Part shown: in pieces, positions 36,801-50,047 of the stretch
How positions within the stretch are numbered: position 1 is the first letter of the stretch
Layout: every line of letters starts with the position of its first letter
Source of the DNA: Glycera tridactyla
Taxonomy: Eukaryota
Direction of reading: 5' to 3'
Assembly: GCA_965644265.1 (NCBI GenBank)
Contig: OZ286476.1
Coordinates: 34,038,001-34,102,000, forward strand
Length of the DNA: 64,000 nucleotides
The notes under the pieces: generated by a model
What the model was told of the DNA's origin: nothing
Databases searched by the model: none
The model's input: the letters and a program-made list of their open reading frames with translations, nothing else
Program-made: the position numbers and the translations under genes

Positions 36801-38309
36801 ACAAGAATGTCTTTAATTACTAGTCACTCTGATAGTGCTGGTACTTTCAGTGAGGGGTTTGGCATGTATCGATCCATATGATCAAGCATGCTATGTGATT
36901 CAGTCCTATGAGAAATGGAAGCCTTGTCACAGTCAGGAATGCTACTTGAGCTGAGAAAATGCATTAGGATCAGCATTTACTCAGTCAATATGTGCAATCG
37001 AGAAATGCCCACTCGAATACGCCTCTACAATATGTCTTTTGTGCCCTACGCTTGCAGTACATTGACTTCATTCTTGTTGGATAATGTACTTGCAGCCTTG
37101 TGAACCAGCTTGTCCGAAAGGTCAGTTGGAGTTCAGAAGGACAGAAGGGATGCTACGTGAAGAAACATGATATTTCAATCATGAGGAATATCATTTGATG
37201 ATTTTCAAATGGTGATTTATTTCATGATCTGCTTCTATCCACCACTTTTCATTCATCCACTTCAGTTTTCAGTTTTTGTGATTTTCGACTTCCATTAGTG
37301 TACTTGTGTAAATCTATATAACTTCAGTATTAGGACATGGCTACCCTAGCTACATCAGGACCATCTTCATTTTTCTGTAATTTTTTTTTCTATAATTATT
37401 GGCATTAATACGCTTTGTCATCCATTATGGGCCATCTTTAGAGTATAACCATATTCGCATTCATAGTTAGATCATACAAATTCATCCAAATGTATAGTAC
37501 ACCACCATTGTTATTCATGTTATCATGTCTGTATGTACTCATGGTTGCTCTCCATAGTTCCTCCAGACGTCCCATGTTGTTCCATTCGTATGTTTGATCA
37601 TTAATATATATTTGTTTCTTTTATTTGTCCACTTGAGCATATATTGCGACATGTACATTGTATTTTGTCGAAGCGTTTCAAACTAACAAACAACCCTATT
37701 CTGAACAGTGTCTCTCCTCCCCGCATTATTCATCACTGCCATCTGGAAAGGCCTTCGACTATTAGCCTACCTTATGAGATCTTTTAAAGAATAAACATCT
37801 CATCAAAATCACCGAAATTACCATGATTTGCTCACCATAGAGGTTCATGCTCTCTCATTGGTATCACTTCAGCAAAGATATTCTTTGAATGGAGCACACC
37901 TTTTCAAACAGATGTCAACCTATTGACGATTACCCACCAAACCATTATCAGCCAACCTCATTATAAGAATACCCCCTGGATATAACACAATGATTCATTG
38001 ACATCACCTGACAGGCATTATATAGAATGTCATTGATCAGAATGTGCCTTTCCGAAAGAAGAAATTATTGACAATTGTGTGGCATGAAGAAGACAGTCGG
38101 CCTCTTATGGGAACATACCTATCCACCATGAATTCCCTGAGTATTCCTCGTCGAAACCTTTCCTCGATTCTCTTGTATCAGGTGATCAAGTACAAGGGGA
38201 AATATTGAAGGATTTTGAACTCATCAGTCAATCAGTTGTTTAATCTATCAATCAGTCATCCGGTCGTGTTGACATACATTTACCTCTGAGCAGGTAACAC
38301 CACACCCAA

Positions 38310-38538
38310 CTTCATACCCAGTGAACCCAGTGTATGTCGACTGGGATATCAAAGGCCGGCTGTGTATTCAGGAGCTTTTTCCTTTACACACGTTAAAGAT
38401 CCCCTGCTGTCTTTCGCAAAGAGTAGGGACGGCCCTCGGCAGGCAGTGACTCTTTATTTTAGCATTTTTAGTTTATTCAGTCCGATACAACCCATGCAGG
38501 TTTGAGTGACGTTAAACCTCAAACAAACAAACAAACAA
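38310..38538 (+). mobile_element. SINE fragment (central domain and CAAA tail)
   Basis: CACGTTAAAGATCCC at 38389-38403 and the tail GACGTTAAACCTC(AAAC)n resemble invertebrate SINE central and tail motifs as recalled; not database-verified. Confidence 0.45.
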
Positions 38539-41500
38539 TCATACCCACTTCGAAGATAATGGTCACAAGACTGAAGGGCTGTTGATATGCATGTCTTCAT
38601 GGATCTGATGAGGTAGGGAGAATACTCCTTGACAGATGATACCAGACCAGATTGTTCAGGGTAGTTACTCAAAATAATCAGTGGAGAGGTGTTCCATCGG
38701 ACTGTTGGCTGACCTCATTGAAAGCTTCTCGTTAATTCGAAAAAGTCTGACATCATCAGACATTTGACACCGTAGGTACAGACAATGGAACGAATAATTT
38801 TGAGAATCAGTCCCATTGCTGGTCGAGTTATGGTTGGACACAGTCCGATGCCCATTGCCATCACTGTGGTGGTGGCCAGAGTACTGAAACCAATTCATCA
38901 CTCATGATGAGAAACAGTCGATGCTTGTTCAGATGTGGCTATTTATAGAAATTCACTGACATCATACGTGCCATCAATCTGAGCTCGAGGAAAGCAGGGT
39001 TTGGGGATGGGGCTGGCCACAATCCCGCTGCCTTGCTATCCTTCATTTGTTCCCAGTTCAGATTTTTGAGCATTCATCCTCGATTCCCAATTTTCCACAC
39101 CACCAATTTACGAATTCACGCCAGGCTTCCGGTTTGTTGTGAGGGGCATATTCAAAACAGCTATATCTTTTATATATGACATGTATTGATATGAATTACA
39201 CGCGGTCAGGTAAGTCTGTGGTTGGGCTATGCTTCTACCAATTATTTGTCCGCTTTAAAATACAGTTGAATGAATCTGGATCTGGACCCCTGTAATCAGT
39301 ACCCACCTGCATTGACAACATCTGAAGTGCCAATGTATCTCTAGAGTCAATGGCATTCTCCATAAGAAGTTTTCGTTGGCTGATTCATTCCAACTTTTCT
39401 GCAGTTGTCTGCAATACAGCGGTGAGGATACATGTTCTATCAGTACTGACGACATTTCTGTACCCATGAAAAGCTCTTAGATGTCAGTTCAGAGATAGGC
39501 AGATTCTAGTGTTATCTTTTCAATTGATCATGTGAAGGTACTTGTTTGGGCCTGATTGAAGGTTCTTATATCAGAGGGCAGTCCTGATTGTTGGGCAATT
39601 CCCGCTAATCCACATACGGAACTATATCAGATTGTGTCCTATGTGGGATAGGATACATTGCATATGATGACATTTTTTACAAGGAGGTGAAATTGAATAG
39701 TGAATGAGTGGATCTCTTAATTCGACCAACTCATTTCCAACTACGCACCAGAGTCACATGGTTGAGAATATTGTATATCCTGGCTTTTTGCATGCGGTTC
39801 CAGGCAATTATATCTGGGCTGCCGGCATGCCATCCATGTCCTTACTCATTGGGGCATCACACACAAAGGTTATCGGTGGCATCTTTGCAAAATGATGCTG
39901 GTCGAAACCCCCTTCATATCCATGATCATTTCATCATATCAGCTAGCGCCGACTTGTCAAAAAAGGGCCAATTATCACTCAATTCACATTTTAAGATGCA
40001 TTTATGCTTCTCAATACAGAGGTATGGTGTGCTGTCCTCTGGATGTGGCACCAACTCAAAAGTAACACAGTGTTGGCACAAACAAATTGCACACACATAC
40101 ACCCACACTAGGGTGTTTCATAATTTGGACTTTTTTCAGGATCAACTTTCTTTTTGGACCAGTCCATCCCCACATGAGATAAGTCAGCAGAGAAAAAATC
40201 AGCCAAATCTCTCGACGTTCAGAACCCCCCACTCCCCCCCCCTCCCCGCCACATGCGTGAGGCATGCAAAAATGCACAAAATTGGTGATTTTCTTTACAT
40301 TTTAGGACTTCTATTCCTAAAACTGTCATGATTTAGTAATCAATACATGTGTATAATCTCAGGTTGGTTCCCATGGCACTTGAAGATGATATTTGTGATG
40401 AATGGTACTGTTGCATATGTGAAAATTGGGTGAAATGGCTGCATATTTGGGGATTTTCATCACATTTTCGCACTCCTATCCCCAATACTCTCACGATTCA
40501 GGGAGGAAAACATGTGTTCGATCTCAGGTTGATTGCCATGGGACTTGGAGATAATATTTCTGATGTAATATCGGGGTGAAATGAGTGATTTCCTCACATT
40601 TTCAGAGCCCTTTTCCTATCACTGGCACGATTCAGGGGTCCACATGCATTTGTTCTCATGTTAGATCATACAGCACGCAGAGTTGATAGTTTCTGATGAA
40701 TGGTACTGTTGCATCCGTGAAATAGGTGCAAAAGAAATAAAATTCAATCATTCAGGGAGACCTCTCTGAGGATCAGGGCCAAAGGCCAAAGAATGGGATG
40801 ATATTATTGGACCCTCGATCAACAGCATTTCAAGGCATTAACAGCCACTGGTCAAAAATGTTTTTCAGTGGTACCATGCCCTGTGCATTGGATCTTCTCG
40901 AGAAGGAACCTTGAAGAAAACTTGATAAAAACCCGAACTGGCCCCTGAACTTTGAGGTTCAGGGAGTGAAGAGATGCAACTCTGGCACATCAGGATGCAA
41001 TGCTAGAGGAACTACATATGGAATGATGGAAATCGGAAGGCGACCAATCTGACTGGTAGTTTGACATCCAGTTTTATTTCAACCAGTTTGAAGTAATGAT
41101 TTCCCTATAAAATTAATCTTGGAAAACTACACAGAATTCTATGATTATTTCATGGTGAGCATGTCCAGACTCTTTGAGGTATAGACGGAAGGCCTCACAA
41201 AAACTGAGAAGCAACATGAGGAGAGAGCCGGAGGGAGATTGATCGACAACAGTCAACAGAATGGTGAAGCTTTCACACTACAAGCCAGGTATGTTCATTT
41301 TCCTGATCACCAAACTAAGAGCATTTCATTTTTGACCTCATACCATACCTTCTCTAAATTAAACACATAATAGGAATGGTAATATATTTATGCAATTTTA
41401 GTTTAGATTCAGTACATGGGAAGGGCCTAACTGCTTGATAACAATTGCTATGGTCTGCTTGGCAAGGATTTTGTAGGATTGATGACTTCTGCTCAGTCTG

Positions 41501-41789
41501 CCGAAAATGTTTTCATATCGGCTTCACATATTTCCCCATCCTATTTTCTCAGTGGTTCATCAGTACAAAATACCACAGTGACTGCAATAACACACAGTGA
41601 CAGCTGAATATATAAAGGGAAACTATGTAAACTAATTGTAAAATTATACTTGACAGACTGTTAACAAAAGTCATAGCTTGTACGACACCCTTACAACCAA
41701 ACCATAGTAATTCATTTGAGGCATTCATGCCAATCAACAAGCATTGGAATCTACACTAACAGTACATGGAAATCTTATCATTCCTGATA

Positions 41790-41967
41790 CAGTAATACCT
41801 GCTATAGTGAAATACTGTCCACAGTGAAATCCTGTTTACAGTGAAAAGAAAAATCTGGCTCGAACGTTTTTTTTCCTCACTATAATTGACCTGTATATAG
41901 TGAAATCCTGTCTACAGTAAAAAGAAGAAACTGGCCTGTGAATTTTCAATATAGACATGTTTTACTT
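41790..41967. mobile_element. Tc1/mariner-type MITE inserted in the right arm of the palindrome
   Basis: Imperfect TIRs CAGTAATACCTGCTATAGTGAA and TTCAATATAGACATGTTTTACTT, with TA on both sides. Internal AGTGAAAT(C/A)CTGT repeats. Arm homology resumes on both sides of it. Confidence 0.7.
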
Positions 41968-42624
41968 TATGTGTTTATTTCCTTCTTCATCCTGAAATAT
42001 TTGCAAGAGATTGATTTGAAATATTGAAAAGGAAGATGAAATGCTCTGAGTTTGGTCTTCAGGAGGGTTAACATACCTGGCTTGTGGTTTTGAAGCTTCA
42101 CCTTTTTGTTGACTTCAATCTCTTTCTGGTTCTCTCCACATGTTGCTCTCCAGTTCAGAGCTTTCAGTCTATGCCTCAAAGAGTCTGAACATGCTCACGC
42201 TGGACTATTCATAGGATTCTGAGTAGTTCATCATAATCCTATAGCATTGGCATCTTGACATGCTCAAGTTGCATCTCCACACACACTGAAACTAAAGTTT
42301 TTGGGGCAAGATCAAGCAGGCGGTTAGCAGTTTCTTCAAGACACCATCTCCAGGGTTGTGTAGCCTAATGCAACTGTATCGCCTATACATCCTTTTTGAC
42401 ACATGATTTGTGTGAAGCTGGTGGATTTTGTGCACAAGCCCACATGACCTCCACAACTTTGGTGATCTGTTCAAACAGTTGGTGAAGGTATTTTCAATAC
42501 ACAGGACATGGTACCACTGCAAAAAAGTTTTGACCGGAGGCAGTTGATGCTGTCCTTTGTGGGTTCATACCATTCTTGGCCAAGCCTTTGGTGCTGATCT
42601 TCGGAGGTCTCCCAGGAATTGTTG

Positions 42625-42795
42625 AGGTTTTTTAGGTCCACTTTCTGCACTTGAGTAGGCTAAATCAGACCACCTGCCTAGGAGGAGCAAAGATGAACGG
42701 TGAAACTTTCCTGCATGGTAGGACTGGGGATTGAACCCCGGACCCATTGCACGCCGACCCAGCACGCTATCACGGTGTTTGACCTTCTTCTGAAA
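42625..42795 (-). mobile_element. tRNA-derived SINE fragment inserted in the right arm
   Basis: Minus strand GTGATAGCGTGCTGG...GGGGTTCAATCCCCAGTCCTACCA contains a B-box-like motif. The segment is absent from the left arm. Confidence 0.5.
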
Positions 42796-45169
42796 AATGA
42801 TTGAACCAATTTCATCAATGCAACAGTACCATCCACCGGAAACTATCGACTCTGAGTGCAGTTGGAACTAACACGAGATCAAATGCATGTGGACCCCTGA
42901 ATCATGCCAGTAGTAGGGATAGGGGTCTGATAATCACAAATTTTGCACCAATTTCACATATGCAAAAGTACCATTCATCAGAAATATTATCTTCAAGTGT
43001 CATGGGAATTGACATGACATTAATCACATGTTTTGACCCTTAAATCATGACAGTATTAGAAAAAGAAGTCTGAAAATGTCAATTCAGGGCATTTTTGCAC
43101 CAATTTCAGCCCAATTTCAAATATGCAACAGTACCATTCATCAGAAATATCATCTTCAAGTGCCATGAGAACCAACCTGAGATTATACACATGCTTTGAT
43201 CCCTAAATCATGACAGTTTTAGAAATAGAAGTCGGCAAATGTAAAGGAAATCACCGATTTTGGGGGTTTTGGCATGTCTCATACATATGGCAGTAGGGGG
43301 GATCTGAACGTTAACAGATTCGGCTGATTTTTTTCTCTGCTGACTTGTCTCATGTGTGGGAAGAACTGGTCCAAAAAAGAAGTTGATCCAAAAAAAGTCC
43401 AAATTATGAAACACCCTAACCCAAATGAGGATGTGGACAGGAGGGGTTAGAACAATTGGTGAGATGAAGACAAGCGACATACAGACATTCTGACAGCCAG
43501 ATGGACAGAATGACATACAGGTTGTCATAGAGATAGACACAGAAACAGACACAGACACAGTCCCAGATCAAGACCGAAATTGGAAGATCAGAATAGGAAT
43601 AGGACTAAGTGTTTTTTTTTACATTGCACAAGAATGTGCAAGATCCTAAGATGTGTCCTAAAAGGGTCGAAGTGCTTATGCAAATGAATGTTATTCGACG
43701 ATGTGTGAAAAACAAAATGGATGATGAAGTTAACCAAAAGTATATAATGATACGATATCGGGAATAAATTAGTAATGCATTCGACTAATATACTGCGATT
43801 TAAAAGTAGGTAGGACAATGGATGTCAATTGACATCAGTGACCAATATCAATGCATGTATATGGTCACATCCTTTCGTCACTAACTCTTTAGCAATTGCC
43901 CTTATTATGCGCTATTGGTGGCAGTGCTGGTAATATCAATGATTTCATTTATTATGTGAGAGTTGGCAATGCCTAAAACAGTCAGCATGTTACTAGTGAT
44001 GATAGCATTGAAAATGATGAAATAAGAATTTGGAATGATACTTGTGATAGTGGTTATAATCAAAATGCTAGTAATAACGAGAGACATATGATAGTTATAT
44101 CATTGAAAATAATAAGAATAATAACGAATGGGGTGATAGTATTGATGAGGATATCATCAATTATGATGGTGATGTTGAATAGTGTTAATGGTGATACTTA
44201 CGAAAATTATATGAGTGTCGATAGTCTCAATCATGATGAGGCAATGATTGAAATACTGATAGTAATGACACTTATGAGGCACAGATCCCCAACTCACCTA
44301 TTCTCGAAAAAAAAAAGATCTTTGATAAAAGGGACAAAATGATTTCTCACTAGAGCAGATTTGTGCATCCCCAAGGATTCACAGTAATTGATTACAATAC
44401 TCTGCCGATTTCGTTTGTTGGATCCTTTAAAATTCAGGCTTTGATCTATTGATTGGAGCTTGTTCACCAGAACACTAATTTTGTGACCATTGCCTGTATT
44501 TTGCCTGCTGATACGAGCTTGATTGGCCCTTGTACTCGCCTGTAAGATCTTGCTAGATAACACTGTCGGTATGGGTCAAAGAGGATAGATGGTATAAGTC
44601 AACTATGTATGGATCGCATGAGTGACTGTGGTATCCAGTGTGCATTGCTTATCACGATGGGTACATTGTTTGTAAAAGCATGGGTATGTGCCGTCCTAGT
44701 TGCAGTCATAAACAAGAAAAAAACCTATCAAAAAAACCATGATGGCAGATCAAGATGGATGACATGAATTCGAAACAGGATATGTGTCTCTGTTGTTGAG
44801 TTCATTATCAAACCTGATACTGGGATCAGAAGTTCATACTAATTCCTTTCATTGCTATGATTACATAATGCAAAATATACAATAGGCTGCTGTGGGATAC
44901 AGAGAATGAAATATGAAGTACGGATATCAACACGAGTTCGGCAGGAAAATACAATTCTTGCTACTAGCGAAATATCCGGAGATGATTCCTGATGAATGCT
45001 TCCAGCATATACCTATCTGAAAATATAGCAAGACTGATATAACGTTGTCTGTGTCTGTTTCTAGATTTTTGAGATTGAGATTTAACACTTTATTTTGATT
45101 CGTCAAGTACATTCAGATGCTCAAGGCACACTCCTCCAGGTTGACGAAATTGTCGCAGACATACATACG

Positions 45170-45700
45170 ATTAGGTGAAGGTGATAAAATGATATTTATA
45201 TACAAAATGAATGAAATGGTAGATGAGGTGAATCATATGATATGATATGATATGATTTTCTGATTCCTTCAACCACTTCTAATCAGATAGACTGATAACT
45301 GAACCAGTTGAACCCGTTATCTTGATCACTATCTCCGCGGTAGTATTTTTCATACATCCACTAGTTGCTCTTGATGTTAACAAACTGCTGTCTTATCAAA
45401 TTAAACACTTATGAACTAAAACTAAATTAAATTAGGTGAAGGTGATAAAATGATATATATATATATACAAAATGAATGAAATGGTAGATGAGGTGAATAA
45501 TATGATATGATGTGATATGATTTTCTGATTCCTTCAACCACTTCTAATCAGATAGACTGATAACTAAACCTGTTGAACCCGTTATCTTGATCACTAACTC
45601 AGCCGTAGTATTCATCATACATCCACTAATTGCTCTTAATGTTAACACACTGCTGTCATATCATATTAAACAATTACGAACTGAAACTAAATTAAATTAG
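45170..45700. repeat. Tandem duplication of about 261 bp
   Basis: ATTAGGTGAAGGTGATAAAATG starts at 45170 and 45431; the copies align throughout with scattered substitutions. Confidence 0.95.
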
Positions 45701-46084
45701 ATACCGATTCACGGCCAGTTCACTACTAGATAGCACAACAATCAAAATGATCAAAAAATGAAGTCTGAATAAACTTGACAGACACAAAATATAATACACA
45801 TCACAAACTCAATACGAGATTGTTTTACAATGTGAATGAGTAATACAGGACATTCATTTCGTCTACTTAAGTCTCATATAAACTCATTCTAGTCTAAATC
45901 TGGAACTCAGAAACTTAATCTGTAGCTTAAACTGACCTGAAAATCAAACCTAAACTAGAACTAAAACTAAGACCAAAACTAAACTGGAACTAAGACTAAG
46001 ACTAGAACTGATTATATCGTATTGCACATGGATAACACTACCAGTAATAATTCGTCACACTAGGTTATATGATATTTTGTGATA

Positions 46085-46960
46085 AAGTAATGTTCTATGA
46101 TATGATATGATATGTGATGATATGCATGGTACACGGTATGTTATGATAAGATATGATATGACATACTATAATTTGATATGATGTGATATGATGTGATTTG
46201 ATATCACAGAAATGATATCAGACGGATGGTACAGATGGTATCAAGCGGACGGTATCAAAGGATGGTATCTAACGGATGTCAACGAACGTTCAACGTACAA
46301 ACGTACAGTATCACCAAAGTATCACCAATGTCTCACCAGAGGGCAGGATGAATGGACGGGCGATCAGGTGATTGACAGCCAAGCAGCCAGCCAGCCAGTC
46401 AGACAGCCAGTCAGTCAGCCAGCCAGACAGACAGACAGAGAGACAGTCAGTCAGCCAGCCAGACAGACAGACAGACAGGATGTGAAGACAGAAAGACAGA
46501 AATCCCGGATGTTGTCAGTGTGAGGGGGCAGAACTGAGCTCGTGATTCCTTCACAAGCGAAACCTATCATACGTGCTTACAGTATTATATCTGAGATTAA
46601 CATGACATCAACTCTCGGGATCTGAACTCTTGTCATTATCGCCCTACTTCATGGAGAAACAGGGCTTAGGTTCATCACTTTCAGTTAAGAAAAACCAATA
46701 TGTCGAACTGTTTTACTTTTTCACCTGTGGTCAGATGTGTATGCTACCGTTCGTTATTCAGTGCACTTCACATCCAATAGGTGCAGAATTCTGAAGTTAG
46801 AAAAAGAGGGAGAAAAATAGAGTCAGAGAGAAAGAGGTAGAGAGCGAGAAATTGAGGGGGAGGGCGGGATAGAGAGAGTGAAAGAGAGCGAAAGTGAGGA
46901 AAAGGGAGAGAGAGATAGAGAAGGATAGAGAGCGAAACAGAGAAGGGGAGAGGGAGAGTG
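46085..46960. repeat. Cluster of simple repeats: (ATATG)n-like 46085-46215, (CAGC/CAGA)n 46378-46500, AG-rich 46800-46960
   Basis: Direct inspection. Confidence 0.85.
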
Positions 46961-47899
46961 GGCTAAATTGAGTTTCACCTTGTGATCAAGTAAACAGGTT
47001 CTATGGTGTCTTATATGCACCTGATGATCTGGGGTGTAGGGCAAAAGACCCACCGCGGATCAAGGAATTCAGAAACATGGGGTCAGTGAGTCGGATCAGT
47101 GAGGACAGGGTACTACTGGTCAAGTATGTCTTCAATAACGATTTCATGACATCGCTTAGCGGTGGTCCATGCTTCATTCAGGTAGGTGTGGCTGCGTCGG
47201 ATTTAGGTTACCCCTGAATTTCGGTGTTTAAATCCTGTTTCGGTAGGTGGTACTATTGCAGGTGCTGTTCTCCTCCTGGCGGAGAAGGGGATTCTCCATC
47301 TATTTCACATCCGCAACTGCCGACCACATGGGCTTATCAGTATATCCTGGATGATACTCACAAGATGTTGGACAGCCTATCACCTGACAAGCACCTTTCC
47401 CCGGATTCAATACAAGAGAATCACTTTCGGTACCCCGATTGATGTTCGAGAAAATGCTCATTTTGTCCTGATTTTGAGTTGGATTTGCCGATACTCGGTC
47501 ATCAAACCAACATGGTTCCAGAAGTTGAACCCTATGGGATGATAATTGGCAGTGATGATCCTGCGCTAAGCTCGAAAAGCCATGGCAACAGGTCAGAAAT
47601 TAAGATTACCAACACAATTTAAGGCTGACGACTCAGACCCTCATATGACTTTTGAAATGATATATGGTGTTCTATACTTCATGCGGAACTCAGGGAGACA
47701 TATCAAAATCCAATCAACCATGTCCTGACATTTCAAGGATTGGGTGCAAATGCATCGATCACTTGAGTTTGCCCTGGTCCTACTCTAGATTGAGATTTGA
47801 TGCAGGAACTCTCCAGGCCTTATGGGACACCATTGGGGACTTTATTCACCATTCAGGCTTCTCCCTGACTCGATTTGTGGAAAATTATATTCATTTAGG

Positions 47900-49200
47900 A
47901 AGATAATATTCATTTAGTGACATCCATAAATCGAATTATGGGGAACCCTAAATATTCAAGTATTTTGTGATTCTCCTGATCCGAATTACGGTCCTCACTA
48001 AATCAGAATTATGGAGAATAATAGATCGATTCAAGGAGAACCATATTATGAGCAAACGAGCTGGTCGAATTAGTGATTTCCCTCCTCGAATAAGAGAGAT
48101 CTCGAATTGTATTATTGATTTCAGTCTTGAATTGCAAGGATTGCCACAACATTTAGAGAAAAACCATAAATCAAAAGTGGTTTACCCTAAATCATAGCTA
48201 TATGCCCATATTCAAACATCATTTAGCAATGAATAGTGGAAGTCCATTATTCAGTCATGTTGAAAGTCCAACACATTTATGGATCTCCATATCTCGATTT
48301 ATGCTGTTCCCTAAGTCTGACAAGCCTATGTTGCTGTCATCTTTCTTCAGACAAGAGCTTCAGAAATGTCATGAATTGATTTATGGAGTTCCCTATGGTG
48401 TTGCATAATCCGAATTCAGGGATGTGCGGAGGGGTGGGCCCTGGGCCATTTGCCCAGTCAAATTTGAGATGGCTGACTGAGAGATGATGCAATGGGCCAT
48501 ATGACCCACTCTGAACAATGAACAAGGGCCGCATCTTGTGGGATTGGCACTTCATTTCATGAATTGACCTGCTAGAAACCAGGTATATGCGCCAACAGGC
48601 ATAGCCAAATGACAAAATAAAGCGCAGAAAAATACATGTGATTGACTCTGAAGGATTGAAATCAGGTGGGCAGCCTAGGATGTTATATAGCAGGGAGAAA
48701 CCCCGACTCATTGAACATTTCCCGGTGCCGGGGAACGGCCCACTTGAATCCAAAATGACCAACTGAGTTCCGTGTCATTGGGTCATTTGACACATCACGT
48801 TTTTCCTCTGCACATCCCTGGAATCAGGGAACTCCAAAAACCATATAAGGGATCTCCATGACTGTATTCATGGAGCTCCACGATTCATAACCCGCCTTTT
48901 GCTGCCATCTTACTTCAAAGGTGGGCATTTAGAGGGATCCCTAATTTGATTTAGAGATCTCTATAAATCGATTCATGGTGGCCTCTGATTCTGGTCAGCC
49001 TATGGTACTGCCATGTCTCTTCACACTCTCCATAAATCTATTCATGGTTTTCAATAGTCCGAAAAACGGAGATCCCTGAATCAGGCAAGCCAATTGTGCT
49101 GACATCTGACTCCAAACAAGGACATTTAGAGGTATCCCTGATCCGATTTATGAATCTCCCTGAATTGATTTAAGGATCTCCATAAATCTATTCATGGCGT
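47900..49200. repeat. Degenerate interspersed repeat built on CCATAAATC(G/T)ATTCATGG-like units
   Basis: Related units near 47924, 47999, 48964, 49030 and 49180. Confidence 0.55.
48417..48820. mobile_element. MITE-like insertion with 16-bp TIRs (CAGGGATGTGC(G/A)GAGG), hAT-like termini
   Basis: CAGGGATGTGCGGAGG at 48417 and CCTCTGCACATCCCTG ending at 48820 (15/16 match). No 8-bp TSD seen. Confidence 0.55.
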
Positions 49201-49204
49201 TGCC

Positions 49205-50045
49205 TAATTCCACCCACCCACTTACCGAAACTCAACCACCCATCCACCTACCTACATACCTACGTACCAACCTACCTACCCATGCACCCTTCAACTTCCC
49301 CATTCACCCATATACCCAGCGCCAACCATACCCCAACCGAACCACCCCACCTACCCGTTCACTACCGACATATCCATGAGAAACCAAGCCACCCACCTAG
49401 CCATCCATCTACCACCCCACCTACCCACATAACAACCTAACAGATTACCTACCTACCTCCCTACTATATTATCAACCAACCCACCCACACACCCACCCAC
49501 CTACCCATTCCTATCAACGAACCCACTCACTCAGCTGCCAACCTACAAACCTACCTGTCTACCCACCTACACACCTTCTCACCTATCGACCTACCTACCG
49601 TTCTACCCACCCATCCATTCAAACATTCATCCAACAGCCTATGCACCCATTCCTCAACCCCCTCACCCACCCACTCACTCACCCCTATCAACCGACCCAT
49701 TCGCATACCTGCCTACTAATCCTTCTACCCACACTACGACCAACCAATCCATCCACCTACCCATTCCCTCACTCACACACCTACCCTCACTTTCAACTGC
49801 CTACCCACCCGACTTGGCATCTATCCACCCACCTGTCAAACCCCTACTCTCCAACCTATCCATCTGCCCCCCCCCCCCCCACCAACTTACCGAACCCCGC
49901 CCATCCATTTACCCACCTGCCCTTCTACCCACCTATCTACCTGCCTACCCATCTATCCACCTACACATCCACCCACCTACCCCTATCAAACTAACCACCT
50001 ACTTATCCACCCACCTACTCACTTACCCTATACACCCTCCTACAT
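49205..50045. repeat. About 840-bp C/A-rich cryptic simple repeat (ACCC/ACCT)
   Basis: Almost no G on the + strand; recurring CCACCCACCTAC. Confidence 0.9.
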
Positions 50046-50047
50046 GC

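Larger units (their letters stand above)
40111..43416. mobile_element. 3.3-kb foldback-like palindromic element flanked by TA
   Basis: TA|GGGTGTTTCATAATTTGGAC...GTCCAAATTATGAAACACCC|TA. Inverted homology can be followed by eye inward to about 41552 (left arm) and 41604 (right arm). Confidence 0.8.

Noticed and set aside
42715-42775. tRNA gene
   Set aside because: Only a B-box and a partial 5' half; no full cloverleaf. Treated as a SINE head.
43850-44342. Ile/Met-rich ORFs on both strands
   Set aside because: Translation of degenerate ATA/ATG trinucleotide sequence.
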